Shown: positions 19,270 to 30,123 of the stretch, piece by piece | Layout: each line of letters opens with the position of its first letter | Position numbering within the stretch: the stretch's first letter is position 1 | Assembly: GCA_035593605.1 (NCBI GenBank) | Contig: DAOSWS010000018.1 | Location: 18,140-82,139 of the forward strand | From: Thermoanaerobaculia bacterium | GTDB lineage: Bacteria; Acidobacteriota; Thermoanaerobaculia; UBA2201; DAOSWS01 | DNA length: 64,000 nucleotides | Direction of reading: 5' to 3' | Made by a program: the position numbers and the translations under genes | Notes under the pieces: model-generated | What the model was told of the DNA's origin: nothing | Database searches by the model: none | Seen by the model: only the letters and a program-made list of their open reading frames with translations

Positions 19270-19869
19270 ATGATAAAAATCAACCTGCTCCCGGAAGCTC
19301 AACAACCGACTCGAAGGTTTGAGGCCGTTTCCGTCGGAAAGGGAGATAATCTGGCAAATATCGCTCTCATCTCTCTCATCGTCGTAGGCCTCCTGGTCTC
19401 GGGATTTCGCTGGTGGACGCTGAATTCGGAGAAGAAGAACCTGAACCTCAGAATTAAGGAAGCCGAAGCCGAACTCGAGCGTCTGAAACCGATTCTCGAG
19501 GAAGTGGAACGATTCAAGAAAAGGAAGGATCTCCTCCAGAAAAAGCTGGACCTTATTCAGGATCTCAAGGCCAACCAGAAGGGTCCCGTGCATATCATGG
19601 ATGAAATTTCCCAGAAAGTTCCGGAATATCTCTGGTTTGACCAGCTTGAGCTGAAGAGTAACACCATAACCATAAGAGGAGGCGCCCTCAATCCGAATGA
19701 GGTCGCCGAATTTCTGAAAAACGTGGATGATTCTCCATACTTCTCTGAGCCCACATTGAAGGAAATCAGGGAGCAGAAGGAATACTACACCTTCTCCTGC
19801 AACTTTGGATTTACCTTCAACCCGGCGAAAGCATCTGAGGGTCAGAAGGAGGTCGGCAATGGGTCTTGA
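19270..19869 (+). CDS. pilN: Type IV pilus assembly protein PilN
   Basis: 'MIKINLLPE' N-terminus, single TM, coiled coil. Confidence 0.85.
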   Translation: MIKINLLPEAQQPTRRFEAVSVGKGDNLANIALISLIVVGLLVSGFRWWTLNSEKKNLNLRIKEAEAELERLKPILEEVERFKKRKDLLQKKLDLIQDLKANQKGPVHIMDEISQKVPEYLWFDQLELKSNTITIRGGALNPNEVAEFLKNVDDSPYFSEPTLKEIREQKEYYTFSCNFGFTFNPAKASEGQKEVGNGS

Positions 19870-20473
19870 GTTCGATCTTAAGGGTAAACCCTGGTACATT
19901 GGAGCCGCCATCGGGCTTTTCATTGGAGTGGCCATCGTTGTTGCTCTCCAGATGATGGTCTTCAAAAATATGCAGAAGGACATACGAAGCCTTCAGAACA
20001 AGCTCCAGGACCGGCAGAAAAAATTATCTGAAGCCCAGGCTGCCCAGAGAGAACTTCCAAAGTTTCGTGAGGAAGTTGCAAAACTGGAGAAGCAGCTTGA
20101 ACAGCTCGTTCAGATTCTTCCTTCGAGTAAGGAAACGCATAATATCATTAAGAAAATCAAGTCTCTCGCCGACCAGGGTGATTTTGACCTGAAGAGCTTT
20201 ATCCCGAAGAACATCCAATCCAAGGGTTTTTATGCGGAATGGCCTATCGATGTGAACGTGGAAGGAACTTACCATAACCTGGCTCTATTCTTCGATAAGC
20301 TGAGGACCTTCCCGCGCATTGTCAATATCGCTTCCATGAATATCCGGTCGGTCAGCAACCAGACTGTGAACACGATTAATGCGACCTTTTCAATGGTGAC
20401 CTATATCTACATGGAAGAAAAGGAAAGTTCAGCAGATAAACCCGCCAAGGGAAAAAAGGGAGGTAAGAAATGA
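19859..20473 (+). CDS. pilO: Type IV pilus assembly protein PilO
   Basis: TM segment plus coiled coil; position between pilN and pilP. Start chosen at the internal ATG (MGLEFDLKG). Confidence 0.75.
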   Translation: MGLEFDLKGKPWYIGAAIGLFIGVAIVVALQMMVFKNMQKDIRSLQNKLQDRQKKLSEAQAAQRELPKFREEVAKLEKQLEQLVQILPSSKETHNIIKKIKSLADQGDFDLKSFIPKNIQSKGFYAEWPIDVNVEGTYHNLALFFDKLRTFPRIVNIASMNIRSVSNQTVNTINATFSMVTYIYMEEKESSADKPAKGKKGGKK

Positions 20474-20943
20474 GAACGCTCGTCACCCTTTTGACTCTTG
20501 TAATTCTCCTTGTCGGGCTGACGCCCGCGCTCCTGGCTCAGGAGGCCGAGGAAGAATCTATCGCCCCGCCTGCGGAAGAAGTGGATACCTATTCCTACGA
20601 TCCGGGTGGACGTCGCGATCCCTTCCTGTCCCTTGTAAAAGGCAAGGTGGGAATTACCCATTCTGATTGCGAGGAAAACACCATCGGTTGCCTGATGATT
20701 GAAGAAATCGACATTCAGGGAATCTGGCAGATTAAGGGAGAATGGCTTGCCGAAGTTCAGGGTAAGGATGGAAGCGTGTACTGGATTAAAGAGGGGGATT
20801 CTCTTCGAGACGGAGAAGTCCTCAGCGTAGATGATAAAACTGTGATCTTTCGCCAGAAAGTTAATGATCCCACGCGGATTAAACCATTTCGAGAAGTGGT
20901 CAGATCCCTCTTTGAAGAAAAGTCTCAGGGGAGGTCCAAATGA
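20470..20943 (+). CDS. pilP: Type IV pilus assembly lipoprotein PilP
   Basis: Signal peptide; small beta-rich protein immediately before the secretin gene. Confidence 0.75.
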   Translation: MRTLVTLLTLVILLVGLTPALLAQEAEEESIAPPAEEVDTYSYDPGGRRDPFLSLVKGKVGITHSDCEENTIGCLMIEEIDIQGIWQIKGEWLAEVQGKDGSVYWIKEGDSLRDGEVLSVDDKTVIFRQKVNDPTRIKPFREVVRSLFEEKSQGRSK

Positions 20944-22940
20944 GAAAGCCTACGCTTTTCACGATTATCGCCATTTTAGCGTTCTCGCTCGCGGCCTGGG
21001 CATCCGCCATTGAACTCCAGACGATCACGACACGGGAAACCTCGAAAGGGTTTGACCTTGTGATCCAGGCATCCGACACTCTTATTTACACGTCCTACCA
21101 GAAGGATCCTGCTCACTTTGTCGTGGAACTTCCGGATGTTCATGTCGGAACTGCACTTGGCGACACGGTCAGAGTGAATGGCCTCTCTGAACCTATCACC
21201 ATTGAATCCCGATCCAGCAGCACGGTTCTCGAGATTCCCATTCCGGTTGGAACGGATTATCAGGTTCGAAGTGAGAAGAGTAACCTTGTGATTGCCTTTG
21301 ACAGCCCGACCCGCTCGATCCTGACAGACCTGACATTGAGCTGGGCGGACGAGCCCGTTTTGAAAATCAGAGGGCAACATCTCCCCGAACCGGAGATCGA
21401 GTATCTTCAAAATCCTTCCAGAATCGTTATGGATTTCCCGGGAACGGTCAATGCCTGTCCGCATCCTTCGTATTTCATCAATCAGGATGAGGTTCAGAGG
21501 ATTCGAATCGCACAGTTTAAAATGGATCCCGAACCGATTACACGGGTGGTCATTGAAACGGACCGCTCCTATCCTGTGGACCTGGATACTGACGGAGACC
21601 TGATGCTCGCATCTTTGCGGACTCACGGCGAAAGTGTTCCGGTGGAAGCGGCGCCTCTGCCCATTCCCGTTCCTGAACCCCAGGGATATTCCTCCGATAT
21701 CTATCAGACTCAGGATATCCCGGCGGAAGAAGTCGTGTATGCCGGTGAGCCCATTACTCTGAGGCTGAAAGATGCGGACATCCGTGACGTCATCACGACT
21801 TTCAGTGAATACCTGGGCATCAACATTGTCATGGATCCCGAAGTGTCCGGGCGCGTGACTGTAAATCTCATTGATGTTCCCTGGGATCAGGCCCTCGATC
21901 TCATTCTGAAGATCAATGGCCTGTCAAGCGTTCTGGAAAACAATGTTCTTCGAATTGCCAAAGCTGCCAAACTGGCCCAGGAGGCTCAGGAAAAGCGCAG
22001 AATCAGGGAAGAGCAGGAGCTGAATAAACCTCTCCAGATGGTTCTGAAACGGCTCAGCTATGCAACGGCCCAGGAGATTCAGGGGAACCTTAACCCGCTT
22101 CTGTCCAAGCGGGGAACGATAAACGTGGATGACCGAACCAACATGCTCATCATCCGCGATCTTGAAGAATACATTCCCCCTGTTCTCAAGCTGATCGAAA
22201 AGTTGGATATTTCAACGCCTCAGGTTGTGATTGAGGCCAGAATCGTAGAAACCACAAAGAACTTCGTACAGAGACTGGGTATCGACTGGGGTTTTCAGGC
22301 GATTGCGGATCCCTATTACGGAAATACAACGGGAATCCGGTTCCCGAACACGTACGACATTGCCGGCAGTGTCGCCCTTCCCTCGGGTAATCCTCTTCTG
22401 TCCATGACGTTTGGAAATATCCTGGGATCCTTTAATCTGGATGTGGCCCTCACGGCTGCGGAAAGTGACGGTCTGGTCAAAATTGTCTCCGCTCCGCGCA
22501 TCATGACCCAGGACAACCTTGCGGCCATGATTCAGAGCGGTGTTCAGATTCCCGTACAGACCACTGCCAACAACACCACAACGGTCCAGTACATTGACGC
22601 AACGCTTCGCCTGAATGTCACTCCGCAAATTACGGCTGAAGGCACAATCGTGATGAAAATCGATGTCCAGAAGCGTGAACCCCTAACGGGTTTGACCGTA
22701 ACAGGCGGTCAGAATGCTCCCCTGTCCACACGTCAGGCCAATACTCAGGTCATGGTCCGGGATGGTGGAACCACCGTTCTGGGAGGTATTTACCAGATTA
22801 CGGATAACATCAGTAAAAACAGGGTTCCCTTCCTCCATCGAATCCCCATCCTGGGCAACCTGTTCAAGAATCATGCCAACGAAAAGCGGCACGATGAGCT
22901 TCTGATTTTCATCTCGCCGCGAATCGTTAAGAACCTTTAG
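20940..22940 (+). CDS. pilQ: Type IV pilus secretin PilQ
   Basis: Signal peptide; N-terminal AMIN-like repeats; C-terminal secretin domain (…VPFLHRIPILGNLF…). Confidence 0.9.
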   Translation: MRKPTLFTIIAILAFSLAAWASAIELQTITTRETSKGFDLVIQASDTLIYTSYQKDPAHFVVELPDVHVGTALGDTVRVNGLSEPITIESRSSSTVLEIPIPVGTDYQVRSEKSNLVIAFDSPTRSILTDLTLSWADEPVLKIRGQHLPEPEIEYLQNPSRIVMDFPGTVNACPHPSYFINQDEVQRIRIAQFKMDPEPITRVVIETDRSYPVDLDTDGDLMLASLRTHGESVPVEAAPLPIPVPEPQGYSSDIYQTQDIPAEEVVYAGEPITLRLKDADIRDVITTFSEYLGINIVMDPEVSGRVTVNLIDVPWDQALDLILKINGLSSVLENNVLRIAKAAKLAQEAQEKRRIREEQELNKPLQMVLKRLSYATAQEIQGNLNPLLSKRGTINVDDRTNMLIIRDLEEYIPPVLKLIEKLDISTPQVVIEARIVETTKNFVQRLGIDWGFQAIADPYYGNTTGIRFPNTYDIAGSVALPSGNPLLSMTFGNILGSFNLDVALTAAESDGLVKIVSAPRIMTQDNLAAMIQSGVQIPVQTTANNTTTVQYIDATLRLNVTPQITAEGTIVMKIDVQKREPLTGLTVTGGQNAPLSTRQANTQVMVRDGGTTVLGGIYQITDNISKNRVPFLHRIPILGNLFKNHANEKRHDELLIFISPRIVKNL

Positions 22941-22949
22941 GAGGTTGAT

Positions 22950-23507
22950 ATGAGAAATCGCACCCTTATCTGGGCCTTATCCCTCATCGTCCTCTTGGGA
23001 TTAGTCGGGTGCACCGATCAGGAGAAGACGGACACGGATGTCTACCTGCTGACTACGGTGACAAATGATGGTATGCACTATTATGTTGATATTGCCACGG
23101 ACCTCCCTACCCTGATCAGCATTGATATTACATCCTACCCCAAGAACCCCGATGCAAGCCTCTCCAACCTCCAGGATGTTACCCTGACCAGGATGGTCGT
23201 AAACTGGAAACGTGCCGATGGTGGTACTGTGACTCCGGATCCATTCTCCATCTCCATCTATCATGTTGTGGAGGCCGGGCAGACGACCAGTATCGATAAT
23301 ATTCCCCTGATGTATCCGGACCAGCCATCCCTTCCTCCCTTTGATCAGCTCTTCCCCTGGAACGGCGGTCTGGACCCGGAAACTCTGAAGCCCTATGTCG
23401 ATTGTGATGCCGAGATCACTTTCTACGGCCGTACGGCCAATGGAAAGGACATCACGGCAAAACATACCTTATCGTTCGTCCACTTTTTTTACGGTGGAAC
23501 GAAGTAG
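22950..23507 (+). CDS. Lipoprotein of unknown function, co-transcribed downstream of pilQ
   Basis: Lipobox 'LVGCTD'; 10-nt gap from the pilQ stop; no terminator in between. Confidence 0.6.
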   Translation: MRNRTLIWALSLIVLLGLVGCTDQEKTDTDVYLLTTVTNDGMHYYVDIATDLPTLISIDITSYPKNPDASLSNLQDVTLTRMVVNWKRADGGTVTPDPFSISIYHVVEAGQTTSIDNIPLMYPDQPSLPPFDQLFPWNGGLDPETLKPYVDCDAEITFYGRTANGKDITAKHTLSFVHFFYGGTK

Positions 23508-23516
23508 GAGGAGTCC

Positions 23517-25334
23517 ATGAGAACCAAGATATCCCTCGTCCTTCTTCTCTCGTTCATCCTCCTCACCTTTGGATGCACAGACGGTGAGAAGACGCCATCT
23601 TCGGGCAGCCCTACCACGCCGTCTGGAGATACGTATACCTTTACCAGCCTCTCGGCCGATCCCGATCCATCTATGGCGGGTGGCGCGACAGTCATTACGG
23701 CGGTAATCAGGAAAAACGGCAATCCGCTTAACGGTGAAACGATTCTGTTCAGCTCGAACCTGGGCCTTTTTCTTGAAAACGGACTGAGCAGTATCAATAA
23801 GATCGCTGAAAATGGTGTCGCGACCGTAACTCTTTATTCAGATACTGCCGGTGATGCCACGGTAACGGCCATGATCAAAACGGCAACGGCAAAAATAACC
23901 GTCACATTTGAAGAAGATGTCTTTTTTGTGACAAAGATTGTGCCCAATGCCGGATCACCGCAGACCGGTGAAGCCATTACCATTTCGGGAGTCGGATTTG
24001 TCGATCCCGTTACCGTGTCCTTTGGAGGCCGGTTTGGAGAAGTTGTAGAAAAGACCCTCACATCGATTACCGTCAACCTTCCGGTATTTGAGCTTCCGGC
24101 TCCCACTGCGGATCTGCTTGTGGACGTCTTTGTTACGCGCAGAGCCGGAACCGAGCTGGAAGAAGTTTTCACAGTTACGGGTGGTTTTACCTTCCTGCAC
24201 ACCATCGATGTACCCAGTATTACAGGAATCGATCCCGTGATGGGACCGAACGACGGGCAGACCCTTGTGACCATCTTCGGGGAGGGATTCGGCTGTCCAA
24301 ACGTTCAGGTCTTTTTCAATAATGTTCCGGGCGCCGTTCAGGATTGTCAGGCTGGTTTTGTTACGGTACTTTCTCCAAACGCCTACGATATGGGAATCGA
24401 AAACTGTAACGATGACGTCAACATCAAGGTTCGCAACCTTGCCTGGGGCACGGAAGATAGCTACTGCTGTTTCCACTATGGTGAAGTACCGATCATAACG
24501 GCATTTGGTCCAGGGCAAGCCCTCTATGCAGGTGGTGACATTGTAACCATCTATGGCCATGGGTTTGACGAACCGGTCGCCGTATCTCTTGCCGAAGTTG
24601 CAGCTTTCCCCATATCGGTGACCGAGACGGAAGTGGTTGTCCGTGCGGGAACCTATGACCCGGCGGGTAAATGCAGCGATTTCGCAGGAAAAGTAAGTAT
24701 CACAAATATTGAATGCGGTTTCAACGCAGATTCAAGCGGAGATTTTATCTACAAGGTACCCAAAGTCTATATCACATCGATTTCCCCGAGCGCAGGACAG
24801 GAAGGGGATGTGATTACGATCACGGGACAAAATTTCAACGATCCCATGCGCGTTACCTTTGGAGATGTCGAACGTCCCGCAATCTTTAATTCCTCTACCT
24901 CCATTCAGGCCGAAGTCCCCGTCTTCTCCGACAGCTACGATACTCAGGAATGCACGGTGGGAGCCTGCCAGGGAGAGCAGTACATCAATACGCCTGTAGA
25001 CATCGGTGTTTATAACATCTTCACGGGATGTTCTGATGAACTGCAGAATGCATTCTTCTACATTCCCACCGATACAAGCTGCAGGATCGATGCTCCCACC
25101 TGTGGTTTCAACTTTACACCAGCAAGCCCGACTGCCGGTGGTGGCGTGTCCTTCCTGGATACCTCCAATGGCTGTGTAGATACCTGGAACTGGGATTTTG
25201 GAGATGGCAATACCTCCAATGTACAGAATCCCTCGAATATCTATGCTGCAGCTGGAACCTATACGGTTACACTGACCGTCACCAATGCTGGAGGAAGCAG
25301 TTCCTGCTCCAGGATCATTACGGTCAATCCGTGA
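23517..25334 (+). CDS. Surface lipoprotein with four IPT/TIG domains and a C-terminal PKD domain
   Basis: Lipobox 'TFGCTDGE'. Four repeats of the form 'I(T/S)I.G.GF..P..V.FG…'. C-terminal PKD signature 'WNWDFGDGNTS…GTYTVTLTVTNAGG'. A strong terminator follows. Confidence 0.7.
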   Translation: MRTKISLVLLLSFILLTFGCTDGEKTPSSGSPTTPSGDTYTFTSLSADPDPSMAGGATVITAVIRKNGNPLNGETILFSSNLGLFLENGLSSINKIAENGVATVTLYSDTAGDATVTAMIKTATAKITVTFEEDVFFVTKIVPNAGSPQTGEAITISGVGFVDPVTVSFGGRFGEVVEKTLTSITVNLPVFELPAPTADLLVDVFVTRRAGTELEEVFTVTGGFTFLHTIDVPSITGIDPVMGPNDGQTLVTIFGEGFGCPNVQVFFNNVPGAVQDCQAGFVTVLSPNAYDMGIENCNDDVNIKVRNLAWGTEDSYCCFHYGEVPIITAFGPGQALYAGGDIVTIYGHGFDEPVAVSLAEVAAFPISVTETEVVVRAGTYDPAGKCSDFAGKVSITNIECGFNADSSGDFIYKVPKVYITSISPSAGQEGDVITITGQNFNDPMRVTFGDVERPAIFNSSTSIQAEVPVFSDSYDTQECTVGACQGEQYINTPVDIGVYNIFTGCSDELQNAFFYIPTDTSCRIDAPTCGFNFTPASPTAGGGVSFLDTSNGCVDTWNWDFGDGNTSNVQNPSNIYAAAGTYTVTLTVTNAGGSSSCSRIITVNP

Positions 25335-25353
25335 TCCATCGATGTTCGACCGA

Positions 25354-25388
25354 ACCGCCCGCCCCTTACGGTGGGCGGTTTTTTTTCT
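25354..25388 (+). terminator. Rho-independent terminator closing the pil/lipoprotein operon
   Basis: GC-rich hairpin CCGCCCGCCCC-TTAC-GGTGGGCGG followed by T8. Confidence 0.8.
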
Positions 25389-25402
25389 GGTATAATTGAA
25401 CC

Positions 25403-25879
25403 ATGCAGGATCTGATTCAAGAACTGAAAGAAACCCTTGAAACTCAGCCCCAGCCGCGGGTCTTTCTGCAGCTCGCGGATCTATTTCGGCAGGGAAACCA
25501 GATTGAGGAGGCGGTTCAGACCCTGGATCGATGCCTGACCATGTTTCCCCGGTATCTTTCGGCGAAAATCGCTCTGGCGAAGATCCACCATTCCGGTGGG
25601 AACCATACGCGGGTGATTGAACTTTGTCAGGAAGTTATTCAATCTGATCCTGAAAATCTGGTGGCCATGCGGCTGGCTGCAAGCTCCTACCATGCCAGTG
25701 GCGACCTGGTGGAATCAATCAAGAACTACAAAAGATTGCGCGCAATGAACCCGGGTAACCCGGAAGTAGAGGATAAGATTCTGCTCCTTGAGGAAATGCT
25801 CAGACCCAAACTCTCCCCCAGGGAGAGAAAGGTGCAGGCTTTGAAGACGTACCTCTCAAAATACCAGCAGGGAGGGTGA
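25403..25879 (+). CDS. Cytoplasmic TPR-repeat protein
   Basis: Three or four TPR-like helical repeats; no signal peptide. Confidence 0.6.
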   Translation: MQDLIQELKETLETQPQPRVFLQLADLFRQGNQIEEAVQTLDRCLTMFPRYLSAKIALAKIHHSGGNHTRVIELCQEVIQSDPENLVAMRLAASSYHASGDLVESIKNYKRLRAMNPGNPEVEDKILLLEEMLRPKLSPRERKVQALKTYLSKYQQGG

Positions 25880-25882
25880 ACC

Positions 25883-26242
25883 ATGGAATTTGAATCGATA
25901 CTGCGCGATGCCTGCACTGGTCTTGAGGGAATCCTGGGGGTTTCCCTCGTAGGATTGGACGGAATCGCCATTGCCGCCGTCAATCTTGAGGGCACTCCTG
26001 ACCTTGACAGCATGGCCGCAGAGTTGACCACCTTTTTAAAGACGATCCGCAGTACCTCAAGCACCATCGACGGGGACACTGTAAATCACATGGTGATTTA
26101 TACACCCCATTCTGCTACAGTCCTGCACGGAGTCACCACGGAATACTTTATTCTGGCGATGATTCAGCGGCCTGCGATCCTGGGGAAGATCCGATTCAAG
26201 CTTCTGCGGGCTGCACTTCGTCTTAAAGAGGAAATGTCTTGA
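25883..26242 (+). CDS. Roadblock/LC7 domain protein (MglB-like)
   Basis: Core 'LEGILGVSLVGLDGIAIAAVNLEGTPDLDSMAAELTTFLK' typical of Roadblock/LC7. Confidence 0.6.
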   Translation: MEFESILRDACTGLEGILGVSLVGLDGIAIAAVNLEGTPDLDSMAAELTTFLKTIRSTSSTIDGDTVNHMVIYTPHSATVLHGVTTEYFILAMIQRPAILGKIRFKLLRAALRLKEEMS

Positions 26243-26688
26243 ATTTCAAGGAAATTTGCGAGCTCATTCAGCTCGTGGCTGATAAGGGCATACCTCTGGT
26301 GGAAGTTGAACATGCTGGTGTCCGGGTTAAGGTACAGGGTACTCTCTCATCCCATAATACGGCAGGCGCGAGTCTTACCGTTCCGCAGGGGACCATTGAA
26401 GTTACCACGATGGCTCGCCCCCACCTCGAGGCAGAGGAGCCGGAAGGTCTGCACTATATTACCGCTCCCATGGTTGGAACCTTTTATCGCGCTCCCAAGC
26501 CGGGTGCCGATCCCTTTGTTGAAATTGGATCCCATGTGGAAGAAGGCTCAATTCTCTGCATCATTGAAGCCATGAAGCTGATGAACGAAATCGAGTGTGA
26601 TTTCAAGGGTGAAATTGTGAATGTATTCCCGAAAAACGGGGAATCCGTCGAATTCGGCCAGAAACTTTTCGCCATTAAATCCGAATAA
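26239..26688 (+). CDS. accB: Acetyl-CoA carboxylase biotin carboxyl carrier protein
   Basis: Biotinylation motif 'IEAMKLMNEIE'; followed by accC. Confidence 0.9.
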   Translation: MNFKEICELIQLVADKGIPLVEVEHAGVRVKVQGTLSSHNTAGASLTVPQGTIEVTTMARPHLEAEEPEGLHYITAPMVGTFYRAPKPGADPFVEIGSHVEEGSILCIIEAMKLMNEIECDFKGEIVNVFPKNGESVEFGQKLFAIKSE

Positions 26689-28023
26689 GTGTTTTCAAAA
26701 ATCCTGATCGCCAACCGGGGTGAAATAGCTGTCCGCATCATACATGCGTGCAGGGAACTGGGTATTTCCACCGTGGCGGTCTACAGTGAAATCGATCGAG
26801 ATGCACTCCACGTCAGACTCGCGGATGAATCGGTCTGCATCGGTCCCCCTCCTTCCCAGCAGAGTTACCTGAATTACACGGCGATCATTTCCGCCGCCGA
26901 GGTTAAAGGTGTCGATGCGATTCATCCCGGCTATGGATTTCTTGCTGAGAACCCCCATTTTGTAGAAATCTGCAATGACTGCAACATTATTTTTATCGGG
27001 CCAACCGTAGATGTCATGCACAAGATGGGGGACAAAATCTCAGCAAGAAACCTTGCCAAAAAGGCTGGTGTTCCGATTCTTCCGGGGACCCTGGATCCTG
27101 TCTCCAATATTCAGGAAGCGGGAAAAATTGCTCAGAAAATCGGTTATCCCATTATCCTGAAGGCCGCGGCCGGTGGCGGAGGTCGTGGAATGCGGATCGT
27201 ACGGGATAAGACTGATCTCGCCACAACATTTGCCACTGCCTCCCAGGAAGCAGAGCTGGCATTTGGAGACGGCAGGATGTATATCGAAACATACCTGGAA
27301 GAACCCCGGCACATTGAGATCCAGATCCTGGCCGATCGAAACGGGAAGATCCTCCACCTGGGAGAAAGGGAATGTTCGATTCAGCGAAGACACCAGAAAT
27401 TGATTGAGGAATCTCCATCTCCTGCGCTTACACCAGCAATTCGAAAGAAGATGGGGGATGCGGCCGTAAAGCTTGCTTCAGCCTGCAACTATATAGGAGC
27501 CGGTACGGTTGAATTTCTCCTCGACGCCAGGAAGAATTTCTACTTTATGGAAATGAATACCCGAATTCAGGTTGAACATCCGGTGACGGAAGAGGTGACG
27601 GGGTTTGATCTGGTGAAGGAACAGATCCAGATTGCTGCAGACATGCCTCTTTCCTTTTCACAGAATGATGTGATTATGAACGGTCATGCCATTGAGTTCA
27701 GGATCAATGCCGAAGATCCCGTTAAATTTACCCCCTGTCCCGGAACTGTTCAACAGGTGATTTTCCCGGGTGGACCGGGAGTGCGGGTGGACACCCACAT
27801 CTATCCCGGCTATCGCATACCACCCACCTACGATTCTCTTATCGCAAAGTTAATTTTAAGGGGCAGAAACCGTGAAGAGAGTTTGCTCCGAGCCAGACGT
27901 GCGCTGACTTCTTTTATCCTTGAAGGCGTTTCCACAACCATTCCGCTCTATACGAAAATTCTGGATGACCGTGATTTCCAAAAGGGAAAACTTTCTACCC
28001 ATTTCCTCCAGCGATACCTCTGA
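26689..28023 (+). CDS. accC: Acetyl-CoA carboxylase biotin carboxylase subunit
   Basis: ATP-grasp biotin carboxylase; '[14 protein letters not shown]' N-terminus. Confidence 0.95.
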   Translation: MFSKILIANRGEIAVRIIHACRELGISTVAVYSEIDRDALHVRLADESVCIGPPPSQQSYLNYTAIISAAEVKGVDAIHPGYGFLAENPHFVEICNDCNIIFIGPTVDVMHKMGDKISARNLAKKAGVPILPGTLDPVSNIQEAGKIAQKIGYPIILKAAAGGGGRGMRIVRDKTDLATTFATASQEAELAFGDGRMYIETYLEEPRHIEIQILADRNGKILHLGERECSIQRRHQKLIEESPSPALTPAIRKKMGDAAVKLASACNYIGAGTVEFLLDARKNFYFMEMNTRIQVEHPVTEEVTGFDLVKEQIQIAADMPLSFSQNDVIMNGHAIEFRINAEDPVKFTPCPGTVQQVIFPGGPGVRVDTHIYPGYRIPPTYDSLIAKLILRGRNREESLLRARRALTSFILEGVSTTIPLYTKILDDRDFQKGKLSTHFLQRYL

Positions 28024-28582
28024 GGCTCTTCTCTACGCGATCACGACGCCTCTTACGTTAACGGATCGATCCCTTACCGATCAGATCCTCTATTTTTTGG
28101 AAATGGGAATTCAAAGGATTCAAATCAGAGAAAAGGAAATTCCGGTTTCCCGCTGGATTGACGATGCTGTGTGTGCATGCAGGGAAGCGCACCGGGCTGG
28201 CGCTCGGGTACTTATCAATGACCGGGCCGATGTGGCCCTGCTGGTCCAGGCCGATGGAGTCCATGTCGGTCAGGATGATCTGCCTCCCTGTGCCGTCCGC
28301 AAGCTGAATGAGGAATGGATCATCGGGCAATCCTGCAGTAGCCGAACGGAAGTCGATCATGCGCTTGCCGATCCCCATGTGGATTATGTTGCCATCGGTC
28401 CGGTTTTTGCTTCGCCGATTAAGAAAGATGAATCCCCGGTTGGTATGGATCTGCTCCGGTACGCAGCCGGACGAGGAAAGCCAATTATAGCCATTGGCGG
28501 TATCGATCGGTCCAACTTTGAAACTGTGATAGGGGCTGGCGCCAGTATGGCTGCAATGATAAGGGGAGTCTGGAACTGGTGA
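27965..28582 (+). CDS. thiE: Thiamine-phosphate synthase
   Basis: 'LYAITTP', 'GVHVGQDD' and 'IGGI' ThiE motifs. Start uncertain; the ORF overlaps the accC 3' end. Confidence 0.75.
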   Translation: MTVISKRENFLPISSSDTSEALLYAITTPLTLTDRSLTDQILYFLEMGIQRIQIREKEIPVSRWIDDAVCACREAHRAGARVLINDRADVALLVQADGVHVGQDDLPPCAVRKLNEEWIIGQSCSSRTEVDHALADPHVDYVAIGPVFASPIKKDESPVGMDLLRYAAGRGKPIIAIGGIDRSNFETVIGAGASMAAMIRGVWNW

Positions 28583-30024
28583 GTGAACGATTTTCCAATC
28601 GATGGGCGGTTATCATTGCTTCCCTGGGTATGGCGGTAGGAACGGGGAATATCTGGAGATTTCCCCGAATTGCCGCCAAGTACGGAGGCGGTACCTTTAT
28701 CGTCGCCTGGCTCATTTTTCTCTTTACGTGGTCCATACCCCTCCTCCTGATGGAATTTGCCCTGGGAAAGGATGCCAGGAAAGCTCCGGCAGGAGCCTTT
28801 GGTGCGGTCCTGGGGAAGAAATATACCTGGATGGGAGGATTTGTCGCCCTCTGTACCACGCTGATCATGGCTTATTACAGTGTCATGTCCGGCTGGTGCC
28901 TGCGCTATACCGTCGGATCAATGTTTCAAAGTCCTTCCATCATGGCGGATCCAAGGGGTTTCTGGGAGCTTTTTGCAGATTCCGGATGGCCTCTCCTCTT
29001 TCATGCGGTCAGCCTTGTTTTTTGCGGATGGGTTGTGTCCCGGGGAATCCTTCACGGTGTGGAACGGCTGAACAAAATATTTGTACCCGGCCTTTTTATC
29101 CTGCTGGCGCTTCTGGCTCTTCGCTCGGTCACCCTGCCGGGTTCCGTCCAGGGTATTGCCTTTCTGGGACATATAGATCCGGGGCGTTTTCTCGATCACC
29201 GGGTCTGGCTGGAAGCACTCTCACAATCTGCATGGTCAACCGGGGCGGGCTGGGGGCTGATTTTAGTCTATGCCATCTATCTGCGGGAACGGGAAGATAT
29301 CACCCTCACCACAATCCTTACCGGTCTGGGAAACAACTCTGCTTCGCTTCTCGCAGCGCTGGCCATCATTCCTGCGATCTTTGCCCTGGTTCCCCCGGCG
29401 CAGGTTGACGGCATGCTTGCCGAAGGGAATGTCGGTTTGACTTTTATTGTCCTCCCCCGAATCTTTGAGGTAATGCCCTTTGGGGCCTTGTTTATGATGC
29501 TCTTTTTTATCGCGCTGACTCTGGCGGCCTACTCCTCTCTGACGGCGATGATCCAACTTGGAGTCTCCAGCCTTTCCGATCTCGGCTATTCGCGCAGGAC
29601 TGCAGTGATCGCAGTGGTTGGATTCGGCTTTCTGTTTGGACTCCCCTCCAGTCTTTCATTACAAATCTTTGATAATCAGGACTGGGTATGGGGGTTAGGT
29701 CTCATCCTGAGCGGCGGTTTCTTTATCTTTCTCCTCCTGAAGCGGGGTGTCGCTTTTATCCACAGTCTGATGGATCGTCATCCAGGAAATGATATCCATA
29801 TCAAAAAGGGAATCTGGAAGCTGTGGGCGATTCTCCTTCCCGCACAATGGTTCTTACTGATTGGATGGTGGTTTTATCTGTCTATTACCGAATTTGAGCG
29901 AGAGACATGGTGGAATCCACTCCGGCCTTTTTCCCTGGGAACTTGCCTGCTACAATGGAGTGTAGTCCTCGCAGTCCTGGGATTATTAAATCGCACCCTT
30001 GCCCGGAGGCTTCGTGATCTTTGA
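28579..30024 (+). CDS. Sodium-dependent transporter, NSS (SNF) family
   Basis: 'AVGTGNIWRFP' NSS signature; about 12 TM segments. Confidence 0.85.
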   Translation: MSERFSNRWAVIIASLGMAVGTGNIWRFPRIAAKYGGGTFIVAWLIFLFTWSIPLLLMEFALGKDARKAPAGAFGAVLGKKYTWMGGFVALCTTLIMAYYSVMSGWCLRYTVGSMFQSPSIMADPRGFWELFADSGWPLLFHAVSLVFCGWVVSRGILHGVERLNKIFVPGLFILLALLALRSVTLPGSVQGIAFLGHIDPGRFLDHRVWLEALSQSAWSTGAGWGLILVYAIYLREREDITLTTILTGLGNNSASLLAALAIIPAIFALVPPAQVDGMLAEGNVGLTFIVLPRIFEVMPFGALFMMLFFIALTLAAYSSLTAMIQLGVSSLSDLGYSRRTAVIAVVGFGFLFGLPSSLSLQIFDNQDWVWGLGLILSGGFFIFLLLKRGVAFIHSLMDRHPGNDIHIKKGIWKLWAILLPAQWFLLIGWWFYLSITEFERETWWNPLRPFSLGTCLLQWSVVLAVLGLLNRTLARRLRDL

Positions 30025-30123
30025 TTGCGTTATCTTTTTTATAATGGCAGGATTGGTCTGGATCGGATTCGCAGGTCTGATCCTTTTGGCCGTACGGGCA
30101 GAGCGTCGCAGAGAGCAGGAATC

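Noticed and set aside
18517-19983. 488-aa minus-strand ORF
   Set aside because: Fully antisense to pilM/pilN/pilO, whose products have clear family signatures. Long mirror ORFs are expected in high-GC DNA.
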